Origin: an uncultured Chloroflexia bacterium
GTDB taxonomy: Bacteria > Chloroflexota > Anaerolineae > JAAYZQ01
Reading direction: 5' to 3'
NCBI GenBank assembly: GCA_963700285.1
Contig: CAVOXA010000005.1
Location: 64,001 to 128,000, forward strand
Length of the DNA stretch: 64,000 nucleotides
This document shows positions 1 to 10,561 of this stretch, one piece after another; position 1 is the stretch's first letter, and each line of letters begins with the position of its first letter. A program made the position numbers and the translations under genes. The notes under the pieces are model-generated. The model had not been told where the DNA came from, did no database searches, and worked only from the letters and a program-made list of their open reading frames with translations.

Positions 1-809
1 TGCGAAACGTCGATATCTACTATCAGGGTTGGCTACCAGACGAGAGCGCAAAAGCTGTGTTGCTGGTGGTTCACGGGCTGGGCGAACACTGCGGACGCTA
101 TATGAATGTGGTCAATCATTTTGTCCCTCTGGGCTATGCCGTCTATGGGCTTGATCATATTGGTCACGGCAGATCGGAGGGAGCGCGCGAGTACGTCGAA
201 CAGTTCAACGATTTCACCGATACGCTGACCATCTTTTGCGACATGATCATAGAATGGCAGCCGGACAAGGCTATCTTTATCCTGGGTCACAGTCTGGGTG
301 GTCTGATCACAGCCTACTACCTGCTGGATTGCCAGGACAAATTCCAGGGAGCGGTTATCTCCGCTCCGGCTGTCAAGGTTGGAGACAGCGTCTCGCCGGC
401 GACTATGGCCATGAGCAAGGTCCTGTCGAAATTGGCGCCAAAGATGGGCCTGATCGCGTTGGATGCCAGCGGCGTTTCGCGTGACCCAGAAGTGGTGGAT
501 GCCTATGTGAATGATCCCCTGGTCTACCATGGAAAGACCACTGCGCGGTTGGCAGCGGAATCATTGTCCGCCATGCTGCGAGTCACTGATGAGGCCGGCA
601 AGATCACGCTGCCAATCCTTATCGTACAGGGCAGCCAAGACAGCTTGGTTGAACCAGCCGGTGCCCAGATGCTCTATGACAAAGCCAGCTCCGAAGACAA
701 GAGCCTCAAGATCTATGACGGGCTGTATCACGAGGTATTCAACGAGCCAGAATGCGACCGCGTTCTAAAGGATGTGGAAAACTGGCTTGAGTCACATTTG
801 ACAGGGTAG
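1..809 (+). CDS. Alpha/beta hydrolase, lysophospholipase/monoacylglycerol lipase family (5' end probably outside window)
   Basis: HGLGEH, GHGRS, nucleophile GHSLGG, QGSQD and C-terminal YHEVFNEP motifs. Confidence 0.9.
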   Translation, partial: RNVDIYYQGWLPDESAKAVLLVVHGLGEHCGRYMNVVNHFVPLGYAVYGLDHIGHGRSEGAREYVEQFNDFTDTLTIFCDMIIEWQPDKAIFILGHSLGGLITAYYLLDCQDKFQGAVISAPAVKVGDSVSPATMAMSKVLSKLAPKMGLIALDASGVSRDPEVVDAYVNDPLVYHGKTTARLAAESLSAMLRVTDEAGKITLPILIVQGSQDSLVEPAGAQMLYDKASSEDKSLKIYDGLYHEVFNEPECDRVLKDVENWLESHLTG

Positions 810-818
810 TGAGGGGCT

Positions 819-3239
819 ATGCAAGAGAAGCGGAACGTCGTGAGACCGCGCTGGAGCAAGGTGCTCGCCGACCTGTGGGACAACAAGACGCGCACGCTGC
901 TGGTGGTGCTCTCTATCGCCGTGGGGGTTTTTGCCATCGGCACCATTGCCAACGCCTTCCAGATCCTCTCCGAGGATATCGATGCCAGCTATGCCTCGGT
1001 GAACCCGGCCAATATCACCATCATGACCGAGCCCTTTGACGAGGATTTTCTCAGTTCTGTGGAGGGCATGCCGGGAGTGGCGGATGCCGAGGGCCGTCAG
1101 CCATCTGACCGTGAGCGTCATCCTGGATGGTGAACCGGCAAAGAACCTGGAGCTGGTTGCCATCAAGGATTTTGCCGAGTCCAAGATCGACCTGCTCGAG
1201 CCCAAGGAAGGCCGTTCTATCCCGGCAGACAACGAAATGCTGATGGGCTTCGATTCGATGAGCGATCCAGGCTATCGCGTCGGAGATGTGCTCACGATTG
1301 AACTTTCAAATGGTACCCGGCGGCGCGTGCCGGTGGTGGGTATCGCGGCAGACCAGAGTGCGGAAATGGATCCGACCCAGATCGACGAGGGGCTATGTCA
1401 CCCACGATTCGCTGGAATGGTTGGGCGAGGACACTCAGTACGATAGGCTTGCTTGTTACCGTCAGCGGGGACTCCAATGACGAGGCCCAGATTGAATCGG
1501 TGGCGGCGAGCCATCGAAGACAAGATAGAGAGAAGCGGTCGCCAGGTCTTCCGCACCTTGACCGGCAAGTCTGGCGAACATCCCCAGGCGATCATGGTCG
1601 TGGCCATTCTGGGAATTTTCGGCGCGCTGGGCGTGCTGGTCATGCTGCTGAGCAGTTCCCTGATCTTTAACACGCTCGAACGCCCTGCTCGCCCAGAACC
1701 TGCGCCAGATCGGCGTGATGAAGCTGATCGGGGCACGCAGTTTCCAGATTCTGGGCATGTATCTCGTCCTGATCTTCCTGTTCGGCCTCCTGGCGCTCTT
1801 GATTGCCGCTCCCGCTGCGGTGCTGGCAGGCTACGGACTGTCCTGGTTTCTGGCCTTTATGATGAATGCGAACCTGCAGGGCTTTCGAGTCATTCCGACC
1901 ACGATCGTCATCCAGCTCGTGCTCTCTCTGCTCGTGCCCCTGGCGGCCGGTTTTGTCCCGGTGAACAGCGGGTCCAAGATCAAGGTGCGCCGGGCCATCA
2001 GCAACGACCGTCCGGGCGATCAGCCAACGGTCAGCGGCTCTGTGGCAGCGACTTGGGACCTGGCTGCGATGGCTCTCGCGGCCGGTCATGCTGTCCATCC
2101 GCAATACCTTCCGGCGCAGGGGGCGCTTGATGCTCACGCTCTTCACCCTGACCGTAGCGGGCGCCATCTTTATCGCCGTCTTTAACGTGCGGGTCTCGAT
2201 GCAAGAGTATATGGATGAGATGATGCAGCACTTTATGGCCGATCTCACCCTGAGCCTCGAGCGGCCCTACCGGACCTCTACGGTGGAGCAGGCCGCCCTC
2301 CAGGTACCGGGCATTGAGCGTCGATTGAAGCCTGGTCGGGAGCGAGTGCCGAGGTCATGGATCCGAATGGAGATGTCGTCGAGCATCTTGCAGATGACCG
2401 CGCCACCCGCCGGCAGTGCGCTGATCGATCCCGAGATGACCGAGGGACGCTGGCTGCTGCCCGGCGATGGCAAGGCCATTGTGATCTCGGAAGCGATCCG
2501 GAATACGTATCCGGATATCAAGCCGGGGGATACCCTGCGGTTGAGCCTGTCGGGTGAACCAGAGGAGGAGTGGACCCTGGTCGGGATGTTCAGTTTCCCC
2601 AACTTTGTGGGGGACCCGCTGGCCTATGTTCCCCTCGAATCACTCTCCGGATGCCAGCGGGCGCCCAGTCACCTCTCCTCCTACCGGCTGGTCACCAGCG
2701 ATCAGAGCGTGGAGGGACAAATGAGGATCGGCGCTGCACTTGACCAGCACCTGCGGGCACTCGGCTTCAATGTCAGCGCGGTGCAGACCGGGGCCGAACT
2801 GCAGGAGATGAGCGTGCAGATGATCAGCATCCTCGTCGTGCTCTTGCTGATGATGGCCCTGCTGACAGCAATCGTCGGCAGCATCGGGTTGACGGGCACC
2901 ATGGGCATGAACGTGCTGGAACGAACGCGCGAGATCGGCGTCATGCGCGCCATCGGCGCGGTTGACTCGGCCATCATCAAGTCGGTGGTCATCGAAGGCG
3001 CCTTCATCGGCCTGATCAGTTGGGTCATCGCCGTGCCGCTCTCGTTTCCCATCAGCTAGCTTGCTGCTCACCATCATCAGCACGTCGATGGGCATCGGCG
3101 AGATCGGCATGAGCCTTTACCCCGCAGGGCATGATCATTTGGCTGGGGGTGGTGTTGGTGCTGACGGTGCTGGCCAGCATATGGCCCGCCCGCAACGCCG
3201 TCACGCCTGACCATCCGCGAGGTGCTGGCCTACGAGTGA
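819..3239 (+). CDS. FtsX/MacB-like ABC transporter permease, several single-base frameshifts
   Basis: Pieces 819..1133, 1036..1446, 1453.., 1715.., 2088..3059, 3131.. join into one permease: WDNKTRTLLVVLSIAVG, ERTREIGVMRAIGA, ending LTIREVLAYE* at 3239. Confidence 0.8.
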
Positions 3240-3268
3240 GCAGGAGGGGCGTGGCGCAGCCGTACGCT

Positions 3269-3297
3269 TTGCCTTCAGCCCAGTTCTGCTGTACAAT
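3269..3297 (+). promoter_or_regulatory. Putative sigma70 promoter of patatin gene
   Basis: TTGCCT-17 bp-TACAAT upstream of an AGGAGG RBS. Confidence 0.45.
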
Positions 3298-3325
3298 ATC
3301 GACACTGCTGCCCAGGAGGATGGTG

Positions 3326-4429
3326 ATGGTCCTTAGACGCAGGCCTGTGCTTAGACCCAGATACCCCTTCAAGAATCTGGTCTTTCAGGGCGGTGGCGTC
3401 AAGGCCTATGCCTATCATGGCGCTCTGCGCGTCCTCGATGCGTACGGCATCCTGTCCCAAGTCGAGCGAGTTGCCGGGACGTCTGCGGGGGCGCTACAAG
3501 CGATGGTCCTGTGTTTTCGTCTCAGTGTCGAGGAGACCATCGAACTCTACAAGACTGTCGACTATTCCAAGATCCGGTCCCTGAGGAGTGTAGATGAGTT
3601 CGAACAGAAGAAAAGTGGTATACTGGCAGCCGGGCTAGCGCATGTTCAGGAAGACTTGGAAGGGGCCTCTCGCTTCTTGCGCAAGTACGGGCTGTATTCC
3701 AACGCCTACATCAAACACTGGCTGGGGGATGCCATCTCTGCACATTGTACCGGCAACGAGAGGGCTACCTTTGCCGATTTCCGCGCCTGCGGGTTCCGCG
3801 AGCTTCACACCGTGGCGGTCAATCTTACTCATCGGAGGGTAGAAGTCTTTTCTGCCGATACAACGCCAAATGTCGCTGTTGCCGATGCTGTCCTGATGTC
3901 AAGTTCTGTCCCTTTCTTTTTCGAGGCTGTTCGCTTCGACGGCGAGATTTTGGGGCAGGGTGACTATTACGTGGACGGCGGCATGTTGAGCAACTATCCG
4001 CTCACGATATTCGATGCGCCCAAGTACAAGAAGGCCAGTCGCCACTTCTCATATGGCATCAACTGGGAGTCTCTGGGCTGCCAGTTGATTACCCCTGACG
4101 ACTGCTCGCGGCGCAGCGGGGAGATCGCCAATATCGTCGGCTATGCAGTAAACGTAGTAGAAAGCTTGGGCAGCGTGCAGCATGTTGCCGTTGAAACACG
4201 TGCCGTGGATCGGTGGCGCTCGATCCCCATCAGCGATTGTTGCGTTTCGCCCCTTGATTTCGATATCCAACCCACAGAGAATGATCCCAGGTATGTCGAA
4301 TTGGTGCAGACCGGAGAGAAAGCCACAAGAGAGTATCTGGACAACTATCGCGATCCCACCGATCGTCTTGCCGATCTCAAGGAACTGCTGTCCGCGGCAC
4401 TGGGAGGCGGCACCGATCAACAGGATTGA
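3326..4429 (+). CDS. Patatin-like phospholipase
   Basis: FQGGGVKA glycine loop, GTSAG nucleophile, DGG motif; AGGAGG before ATG 3326. Confidence 0.9.
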   Translation: MVLRRRPVLRPRYPFKNLVFQGGGVKAYAYHGALRVLDAYGILSQVERVAGTSAGALQAMVLCFRLSVEETIELYKTVDYSKIRSLRSVDEFEQKKSGILAAGLAHVQEDLEGASRFLRKYGLYSNAYIKHWLGDAISAHCTGNERATFADFRACGFRELHTVAVNLTHRRVEVFSADTTPNVAVADAVLMSSSVPFFFEAVRFDGEILGQGDYYVDGGMLSNYPLTIFDAPKYKKASRHFSYGINWESLGCQLITPDDCSRRSGEIANIVGYAVNVVESLGSVQHVAVETRAVDRWRSIPISDCCVSPLDFDIQPTENDPRYVELVQTGEKATREYLDNYRDPTDRLADLKELLSAALGGGTDQQD

Positions 4430-4548
4430 CAGTCTTTACACAGAATGCAAAGCATGGAGATAGAGATGAGCACACCCGATCCTGCGGCGGCCTGTCTAGT
4501 TGAGGCCGATCTGGTCCTAACAGACAGCATAGTATGGGAGTCTTGACC

Positions 4549-5598
4549 ATGTCTCTAGTCAGTGTTCACAACGAATGGGATCCTCTGGAGGAAATGATTG
4601 TGGGGATTCCTGATAACGCTCGGGTTCCGATGGCCGGCAGGGATCTTTTTGCCCTGGAATATAACGAGCATTATGAGGACATGGCTCAGATTCCTTCAGG
4701 CCCTTATCATCCGCAGGTCATTGAGGAAACCCGGGAGGATCTGGAGGCCCTGGTAACAGCCTTGAAACAGGAAGGGGTAACGGTTCGCCGTCCTCAGGTC
4801 ACAGATCATTCAAAAGTCTTTTCATCTCCAGATTGGCAATCGGATGGAGAATACAACTATTGTCCCCGTGACCTTCTGTTGGCGATTGGAGAAACGATCA
4901 TCGAGTGTCCGATGCCCCTCCGTTCGCGTTTTTTTGAGTGCTTGGCCTACAAGGACCTGTTGCTTGAGTATTTCCAAAGCGGCTCCCGGTGGCTGTCCGC
5001 GCCCAAACCCCGCCTGCTGGATGAAGTCTATGATGACGACCCAAAGAGTGAGGTCAAAGTACGGAATGTTGAACCATTGTTTGATGCCGCCAACATCCTG
5101 CGCGCGGGCCGGGATATCCTCTATCTCGTGTCCTGCACAGGCAATATGATGGGCTATGAGTGGCTCAAACGCGTCCTGGGGCCGGAATACCGGGTTCATC
5201 CTCTAGCAGGTATCTACGAAGGCACGCATATCGACACCACCATCACCCTGCTCAGACCAGGTTTGGTATTACTCAATCCGTCTCGAATTAACGAGAGCAA
5301 CATGCCCGCACTGTTCAAAGGGTGGGATGTAATCTGGTGTCCCGAAATGATTGATACTGGACATTCGGTGGGGTGGGAGTATTCCCGGGCCTCCATCTGG
5401 TCAGGGATGAATTTCTTTATGATCAACCCAAGACTGGCCGTTGTGCATGAAGCGCAAAAACCATTGATCAAGGTCTTGGCGAAGCATGGGATAGACACAA
5501 TTCCTTTGCCATTGCGTCATACTCGAACGCTCAGTGGTGGATTTCATTGCGTGACTTTGGATATTCGAAGACAAGGCGGCTTGGAAGACTATTCGTAA
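4549..5598 (+). CDS. L-arginine amidinotransferase, StrB1 (inosamine-phosphate)/glycine amidinotransferase family
   Basis: MSLVSVHNEWDPLEE start, YCPRD, catalytic FDAAN / THIDTT / GGFHCVTLD. Confidence 0.9.
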   Translation: MSLVSVHNEWDPLEEMIVGIPDNARVPMAGRDLFALEYNEHYEDMAQIPSGPYHPQVIEETREDLEALVTALKQEGVTVRRPQVTDHSKVFSSPDWQSDGEYNYCPRDLLLAIGETIIECPMPLRSRFFECLAYKDLLLEYFQSGSRWLSAPKPRLLDEVYDDDPKSEVKVRNVEPLFDAANILRAGRDILYLVSCTGNMMGYEWLKRVLGPEYRVHPLAGIYEGTHIDTTITLLRPGLVLLNPSRINESNMPALFKGWDVIWCPEMIDTGHSVGWEYSRASIWSGMNFFMINPRLAVVHEAQKPLIKVLAKHGIDTIPLPLRHTRTLSGGFHCVTLDIRRQGGLEDYS

Positions 5599-5669
5599 AC
5601 GAGGGTGACAGTCCCCGGTGGGGCCATAACGAGAATGAAAACCGCTTGATCTGGAGGTAACCCTGTTCG

Positions 5670-6488
5670 ATGGTCAAAAGCGAAGGCGAACGCTTGCGCC
5701 AGGTCGTCGTGTGTACGCCCCGAGAAGAGTATGCCCGCGGCGCGAGCGATCTTGAAAAGCACAACATTGGTGACTTGGGCGATCTCGAAATTGCCATCCA
5801 ACAGCACCATCGATTGAAGGCCACGCTAAAAGAGTTTGGAGCGCAGGTGCTCGATATTCCGGAGCTGGCGGACCATCCCAATTCCGTATTCACGCGCGAT
5901 ACCGCTTTGTGCACGCCCCAGGGATACATCCAGCTCAGATTGGGCCTGGCCTCTCGCCAGGGTGAAGGTGCGTGGATGGCGAGAGCTCTGGAGGAGATCG
6001 GGGTACCGCGCGTTGGCAAGATAGCAGCTCCTGGTACAGTCGAAGGTGGGGACGTCGTCCTGGCCGGGGAGGTGGCCTTTGTCGGGAGATCCATACGGAC
6101 GAATGAGGAAGGGATTCAGCAGTTGTCCGTGATGCTGGAGACGATGGGCTATCAGATACGAGTCATCGAGTTGCCGGATACAGTCCTGCACCTCGACAAG
6201 ACATTGATGGCTCTCGGCCCCCAGCAGGTACTCTATTGCCGTGACCTGGTCTCGCAACAAGACATCGATGGCTTCTCAGGAATAGAGATCTCCTGTGGAG
6301 GAGATACGACAGCGAATATCATCTGCCTGGGTGATAGGGAGCTCATTGTCCATCGCTCGAATGCACTGGTGATCGCCCGTCTGGAAGCTGCAGGGTACAG
6401 GGTTCATAATCTCGATTTGGGTGAATTCGCCAAAGGCATGGGTGGGCCTAACTGTCTGATCATGCCTGTCAAGCGGGGTGGTTCGTGA
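5670..6488 (+). CDS. Dimethylarginine dimethylaminohydrolase/arginine deiminase (pentein) family hydrolase
   Basis: VFTRD, VEGGDV, LHLD and GGPNCL motifs; GGAGG RBS. Confidence 0.85.
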   Translation: MVKSEGERLRQVVVCTPREEYARGASDLEKHNIGDLGDLEIAIQQHHRLKATLKEFGAQVLDIPELADHPNSVFTRDTALCTPQGYIQLRLGLASRQGEGAWMARALEEIGVPRVGKIAAPGTVEGGDVVLAGEVAFVGRSIRTNEEGIQQLSVMLETMGYQIRVIELPDTVLHLDKTLMALGPQQVLYCRDLVSQQDIDGFSGIEISCGGDTTANIICLGDRELIVHRSNALVIARLEAAGYRVHNLDLGEFAKGMGGPNCLIMPVKRGGS

Positions 6489-6562
6489 CCTTTTGCAAAG
6501 GACAAACCGTGTGATATCTGACTGGCCCGAAGTAGGTCCAGGCCTGACACAGAACTGAGAGG

Positions 6563-7789
6563 ATGGGAAGTATTGTGGCCGAGCAAATCCGCCGACAGGA
6601 CGAAGGTTTGCCGCCCGAGATGCTTTCTCGGGCCTACGCGCTCCAGGAAGAGATCGTGGCCTGGCGGCGCACCATTCATCAGCACCCCGAACCGGGCTTT
6701 GGGGAACACCAGACTGCCCAGCTCGTGGCCAGCACCCTTCAAGGGATGGGCCTCCAGGTGGAGACAGGGGTGGGCAAGACGGGAGTCGTCGGTCGCCTGG
6801 GCCAGGGCCGGCCGGCAGTTGCCCTCCGTGCCGACATGGATGCCCTGGAGATCCAAGAGGCGAACGACGTGCCCTACGCCTCCTGCACAACCGGGCTCAT
6901 GCACGCCTGCGGTCACGACGCGCACACGGCCATGCTTCTGGGCGCCGCCCAACTGCTGCAATCCCTGCCCGGCCGCCCAGGCGGCGAGATCCGCTTCCTC
7001 TTCCAGCCCTGCGAAGAGGCTTGGGACAACGAGGACAAGGGCGGCGCGCTGCGCATGGTCGAGGATGGCGCGCTGGAGGGGCTGGATGCCGTTGTCGGCC
7101 TGCACGTGGACCCCGAAGCGAAAGCCGGCAGCCTGGGTATCCGCGACGGCTACGCCATGCCTGGGGTAGACCCCTACGACGCGATCCTGTTCGGTAGGGG
7201 CTGTCACAGCAGTGATCCGCAGCAGGGACTGAATCCTATCTACCTGCTCAGCCAGGTCCTGGGTGCGGTTTTTGCCATCCCAGCGGAGCGCGTCAACCCC
7301 CTCGAGCCGGTCATTGTCTCTGTCGAAGCGGTACACGGCGGCAGTACCACGGGGGTCATTCCCGATCGGGTCTCGATCCATGGGAACATCCGCGCCTACG
7401 ATGACGGGACGCGCCTGCGGCTGCGGGAGGAGCTGGCGCGAGCTCTGAGCCTGGCCCGGACCCTGGGCGGCGGCTATGAGCTGGCCGTACGCAGCATCTT
7501 TCCCGCCTGCTACAACGATCCCCACATCAACGAATTGGTCCGGCAGGTCGCTGTGGAGATGCTGGGTGCCAGCCACCTCTACGAGCCGGAGCTCACCATG
7601 GGCGGTGAGGACTTTGGGTACATGACCGAGGGGGCACCTGGTACCTTTGTCCTGCTCGGGGTTCAGATAGAGGGCGAGGCGCGGATTCTGCACAGCCCCA
7701 CCTTCGATCTGGACGAATCGGCATTGCCCGTGGGCACCGGGTTTCTGGCCGCGGCTGCCTGCCGCCTGTTGCGGGACCTGGCAACCTGA
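6563..7789 (+). CDS. M20D amidohydrolase
   Basis: LRADMDAL, MHACGHD, FQPCEE, GEDF and LHSP motifs. Confidence 0.9.
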   Translation: MGSIVAEQIRRQDEGLPPEMLSRAYALQEEIVAWRRTIHQHPEPGFGEHQTAQLVASTLQGMGLQVETGVGKTGVVGRLGQGRPAVALRADMDALEIQEANDVPYASCTTGLMHACGHDAHTAMLLGAAQLLQSLPGRPGGEIRFLFQPCEEAWDNEDKGGALRMVEDGALEGLDAVVGLHVDPEAKAGSLGIRDGYAMPGVDPYDAILFGRGCHSSDPQQGLNPIYLLSQVLGAVFAIPAERVNPLEPVIVSVEAVHGGSTTGVIPDRVSIHGNIRAYDDGTRLRLREELARALSLARTLGGGYELAVRSIFPACYNDPHINELVRQVAVEMLGASHLYEPELTMGGEDFGYMTEGAPGTFVLLGVQIEGEARILHSPTFDLDESALPVGTGFLAAAACRLLRDLAT

Positions 7790-7888
7790 GGTGCAACGCA
7801 CCTTCGCTCAAGGGTGGCTGTCCTGAAGCCCACTGATGCCACGACCAGTTGGCCCCACGGTGTTCATGTAAGGAGGTACGTTGCACCT
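7789..7888. repeat. 17-bp imperfect inverted repeat flanking 66 bp (REP/MITE-like or long hairpin)
   Basis: AGGTGCAACGCACCTTC (7789-7805) vs GGAGGTACGTTGCACCT (7872-7888), 15/17 complementary. Confidence 0.55.
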
Positions 7889-7931
7889 GAACTGAGTTAT
7901 GCGCGATCCCCGAATCCCCGAGTGACCACGT

Positions 7932-7960
7932 TTGCCCGAAACGCCAAGTGCGAGTACAAT
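7932..7960 (+). promoter_or_regulatory. Putative sigma70 promoter of the GATase gene
   Basis: TTGCCC-17 bp-TACAAT. Confidence 0.4.
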
Positions 7961-8061
7961 GGATGACACATGGCCAGGCAAAGCCTTCAACACTGGCACA
8001 ACTGGCGGCTGCGCGCCGCATAGCCCTTCAGGCAGGTGCAGGGGAGGTACCGAGAACCAAC

Positions 8062-8760
8062 ATGAACCCACAAAAGATCTTGATCCTCGATTACTCAACG
8101 GACAGAAGTGAAGCGGCAGCCACCGAGCGTTGGCTGCCTGCGGACTCGGATGTTTCATCCCTATTCATCGATACAGAGGAGTCTTTTCCACAAGACCTCA
8201 TAGCCCGCGGCTTCACCCACGTCATCCATTCCGGCTCTGCACTTTCGATCACCGAAAGCGCACCCTTTGTTGACAGAGCAGTGACCTTCATCCAGATGGC
8301 CAGGGATCAGGGCGTGTCGCAGATGGGCATCTGTTATGGGCACCAGCTCGTCTGCCGGGCGTTGGTGGGAAGACAAGCCGTCCGCTCGTCTCCAAATGGC
8401 CTCGAAGCCGGATGGAAGCGCGTCACCTTTGTCAATGGTGCCATGGACGCCCTGGGCGTAGGAGAAAGCGAAGTCGTCTGGCAGCATCACTTTGATGAAG
8501 TGACTGGATTGCCTGAAGGCTCAGAGCTTTGGGCCACAAACCCGCATTCCAGGATCCAGGCCTATATCAACCACGAGCAGCGTTTGTTCGGAACTCAGTT
8601 TCATCCTGAGTTTGACCAAGCGATCGGGAACCAGATCTACTTGGCTGACCGGGATCTTTTGGAAAAGAACGGCTATTCTGCTGAGGAACTGGTCAGGCAC
8701 GGGCCTTCGTTTGAGGTGGGGAAGGTGTTTTTCGGCTACTTCTTAAAGAGTGTAACCTGA
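8062..8760 (+). CDS. Class I glutamine amidotransferase-like protein
   Basis: GICYGHQ nucleophile and QFHPE triad motif; GGAGG upstream. Confidence 0.85.
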   Translation: MNPQKILILDYSTDRSEAAATERWLPADSDVSSLFIDTEESFPQDLIARGFTHVIHSGSALSITESAPFVDRAVTFIQMARDQGVSQMGICYGHQLVCRALVGRQAVRSSPNGLEAGWKRVTFVNGAMDALGVGESEVVWQHHFDEVTGLPEGSELWATNPHSRIQAYINHEQRLFGTQFHPEFDQAIGNQIYLADRDLLEKNGYSAEELVRHGPSFEVGKVFFGYFLKSVT

Positions 8761-8847
8761 GCCACGAATGTCACTTGCTGGAAGAAGGGTGGAGGGCGCC
8801 ACTGGGCTGGAACCGTGAGTGGGTAGCACATGTAGGTGAGAGAGGGA

Positions 8848-10561
8848 ATGAACGGCCAATCTGAGGCAAGCCAGAACCTGATCGCTCTCCTGGACGAACT
8901 CCGGGATGAGTTGGCCGACGCCTGGCTGGAGGCCATCCGTCGGGAGATGCCCGATGCCAAGTACAGCCAGCGCCCCCCCCGAAGAGATCCGTGGTAACAA
9001 CCTGAATGGCCTGGCGATGCTCAGGGCGATGCTCCAAGGGGCTGCGCCTGGCGCAGCCTGGGAGGGTCAAGCTGACGGCAAGGCTGCTCTGGAGTACGTG
9101 GGCCTGGGCATTGACGTCAGTGAGGTGGTCCTGGCTGCCTTGCTCCTGGAGGATGTGACCCACCCCTATGTGAGAAGCGCATTTCCCCCGGGCTCGACCG
9201 AAGGGCGACAAACTCGTCTCGAACTTGGCCGTCAGGTACACCTACTGGCCCGAGAGATTGCGCGAGGCTACTATGATTTAAGCCAGCAGTGCCTGCGAGA
9301 AGAGCAGCAGCGCCTGGCCCTGATGCTCAAGACAACCCGAACGGCCAGCGAAAGCCTCGACCTGGACAGGGTCCTGCGCTCGGCGGCGCGTGGAATCGCC
9401 GCCGCCGTGGAGGCGCGGTACTGCGTCATCCTCTTGGCCGGTGATGATGCCGAACCGGGTGTCTTCTGGGCAATTATGGACGAACTGCCCCCCGCGGCGG
9501 CCGAACGCTTGCGGGATCAGTTGGCGCGAGAGCGCCCACTGGCGGAGCATTCCCTCGTCCGCTTGGTGATGGAAGGCAAACAGCCCCTGGCCTGCTACGA
9601 CGCGCAGGCTGACCCCCGGGTAGACGTTGAGAGCGCGACTAGCGCGGGCATCCGGTCCATGCTGCAGGTCCCCTTTGTGCACAGAGAACAGGTGCTCGGT
9701 GTCGCCATCGTGGTCACTTTTGATCAACGCCGGGGCTTTTCGGAGCAGCAGATCGCACTGGCCTCGGGCCTGGCCAGCGCTGTCGCACCAGCCATCGAGA
9801 ACGCGCGCCTGTACCAACGGGTCGAAGAGCTGGCAGTCCTGGAGGAGCGGTCGCGCCTGGCGCGCGAGATCCACGATGATGTAGCCCAGGTGCTCGGGGC
9901 GCTGCAGCTCAGGGTGTGGCTCCTTGACGACCTGCTCTCCCATGACAAGGTCGGGCAAGCCCGCGACTCGCTCCCGGAGCTGCAGGACCTGGTCAGCAAG
10001 GCATACAGTGATCTTCGCGAGTCGGTCTTTGACCTGCGGGCCATGGCCTTACCCCCGGCGGCCTTCCTGCCCTCATTGCAGGAGTACATGGCTGACTACC
10101 GGCAGCACTATGAGCTGGACGTCTCGCTGGAGGCGGATGTAGACGCAGCCGCGATGCTGGATGGGAACATGGGAGTACAGGTGATCCGCATCATCCAGGA
10201 GACACTGACCAACGCCCGAAGGCATGCCCGGGCCAGCCATGCCTGGGTACGGATCTATTGGCTGGACGGCTGCCTGTTCGTCAGTGTGGAGGACGATGGG
10301 CAGGGCTTTGACCCATCGGGCCCTCTGCCTGAAGGACAGTCCCATTTCGGCCTGCAGGTGATGCGCGAGCGGGCGGAGAAGGTGTGCGGCCATCTCATCG
10401 TGGGTTCACGGCCTGGTGGGGGAACCCGGGTATTGCTGCGCTTGCCTGGTTGGGAAGGCGGAGAAAAAATATGCGCGAACCTCTGCGCGTTCTGCTGGTG
10501 GATGACCACGTCCTTTTTCGCAAGGGTGTGGACGCCGTGCTGGCCACGCGTCCCGAGATAG
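8848..10561 (+). CDS. GAF-domain sensor histidine kinase (HisKA_3), frameshift in C-run near 8975
   Basis: ATG 8848 reads MNGQSEASQNLIALLDELRDELADAWL; GAF region, EERSRLAREIHDD, IIQETLTNARRH, EDDGQGF, HFGLQVMRER; C-terminus overlaps the regulator. Confidence 0.85.

Noticed and set aside
819-3239. Programmed frameshifting in the permease, ABC or pst genes
   Set aside because: Too many shifts per gene and no consistent slippery sites
3326-4429. Patatin as a CBASS/defence effector
   Set aside because: No CD-NTase or other defence gene is adjacent
4480-4545. Guanidine-I (ykkC) riboswitch
   Set aside because: CTGGTCC is present, but GGGTTCCG and the 3' AAAAGCCCGGGAG-type signatures are missing
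5599-5669. Guanidine-II/III riboswitch before the DDAH-like gene
   Set aside because: No paired ACGR-loop hairpins or ykkC-III pattern visible
6404-7801. 465-aa minus-strand ORF, and similar long antisense ORFs across the window
   Set aside because: Shadow frames of well-supported genes in GC-rich DNA, with no recognisable motifs
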